Assembly: GCA_965112155.1 (NCBI GenBank) | Contig: OZ218103.1 | Length of the DNA stretch: 64,000 bases | Source: Podarcis liolepis | Lineage: Eukaryota | Direction: 5' to 3' (one strand) | Part shown: piece by piece, positions 62,790 to 64,000 of the stretch | How the letters are laid out: each line of letters begins with the position of its first letter | Numbering within the stretch: position 1 is the first letter of the stretch | The notes under the pieces: generated by a model | The model's database searches: none | Told to the model about the DNA's origin: nothing | Seen by the model: only the letters and a program-made list of their open reading frames with translations | Translations under genes and position numbers: made by a program

Positions 62790-64000
62790 GTCAGACCAAA
62801 GTGAAGTCTTGTATTTCAAAAATGCTGTCTGCCCCTATTGAACTAGGATTGTGGTTCTATTGGGGGTTGGGATTTTTTGAGTTAACAGGTTTCAAGCAAA
62901 ACTTTAAATGCACAGTCTTTGTTGTCTTATTATGCAGGAGAAGCATTAAATCCCAGAGTAATCTGAGGATGTGACACCTGCTGAAACTAGCAGAATACTT
63001 TCAACGGTTCAGACAAATTCATGGAAGATCTTAAATGGCTATAAATCAGAATGTTAAGGGGTGAGATGGCACAAATAGGGTACTATGTTATTCTGGCTAC
63101 TAAGATCCACAAGGAAGAAAAATGAGATTGCTTTTTATAGTGAAATTTTTAATGGATTCAAAATCAGAGTGTGCAAATGACCTCTGACAACTGTTTTTAG
63201 TTGCATCTTGCATTGCATTTTGTCTGATTCAGCTAATAGCTCCCCAAAGCAATTCTTATGTCAACGTATCTTTATTGTGCCTGATGGTGTTGGTGATTTA
63301 TTTGACTTATATCTGCCCTCTTACCAAAGGGGCCCAGGGTGGCAGGCGTAGCAATGATAAAACATTTTTTAAAAAAACAACTAAAACCATTTTTAAATGT
63401 TACAGAAAAAATATATATTAAAAAACTCTTATCTGCTGATCTCATGGCTACCAGGGTGACATGTTAAGCAATTTAAAAAAAAATTCTTGTAGATTTGCAA
63501 TCATCAAAACCAGTCACACACACCATGGCAAAAGCTATTTTTGCACCTTGGTAAATTTGCGGGGAGATAAAAGGCTAAGAATCTTGTCACTAGGGTTCTA
63601 CTGCTCCTTTTTCTAGATTTGGAGGTGTGCAGTGGAAATGACTTGGCTTGTAGTCTGTTGAAGCCAGCCATATGGCATGGCCCACATGTATCCCAAATTC
63701 CTTTGGTGTGTGAAAGTCCGTATGCTTTTTATGTCATACTCTGTGAGGAGGGTTAACAGATTGGGAGAATAAAGCAAAAGGGGGAAGGAGACTGAATGAC
63801 GAAAAAGTTGTGAGCATTGGTGTAGAGCAGGGGAAACACTGACATGGAAGTGCTAAATTGCAGTTATCAACTAAGCCAGCTTTGCAAAAAATAATAATAA
63901 TAATGGTGTTTTTTTAAAAAGACACAAAAATGGTTTCTAGCTTGTCAGCCCACATGTACCTGCGCTAATAATTTGTGGCACTTGGGCTTGAAACAACAAA

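Overview
Vertebrate genomic DNA, most likely a squamate and probably a lacertid lizard (inferred from Sauria-type SINEs, Squam3-like CORE-SINEs and lizard-type MITEs). It holds the conserved CEP250(-) / GDF5(+) / UQCC1(+) block. CEP250 contributes its first 24 coding exons (23949 down to 200, all GT-AG and frame-consistent; the gene continues off the left edge) with a CpG-island promoter at ~25.4-26.3 kb. GDF5 is complete in two exons (501 aa). UQCC1 contributes its CpG/ETS promoter and first three coding exons. Introns and intergenic DNA carry a 5'-truncated L1 with a 15-bp TSD, SINEs, Tigger/hAT MITEs and two solo LTRs. Most notable observations: (1) a 56-codon uORF in the GDF5 5'UTR with a strong Kozak start whose TGA overlaps the GDF5 ATG and which appears conserved in start, frame, peptide motifs and stop position with the human 5'UTR as I recall it; (2) an 839-nt CEP250 exon expanded by about 13 tandem 14/18-aa coiled-coil units; (3) UQCC1 exons 2 and 3 look like a tandem exon duplication; (4) an element with Tigger1-like ends; (5) a solo LTR carrying a CTCF-like motif between GDF5 and UQCC1. 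All human comparisons are from memory and need checking by alignment.
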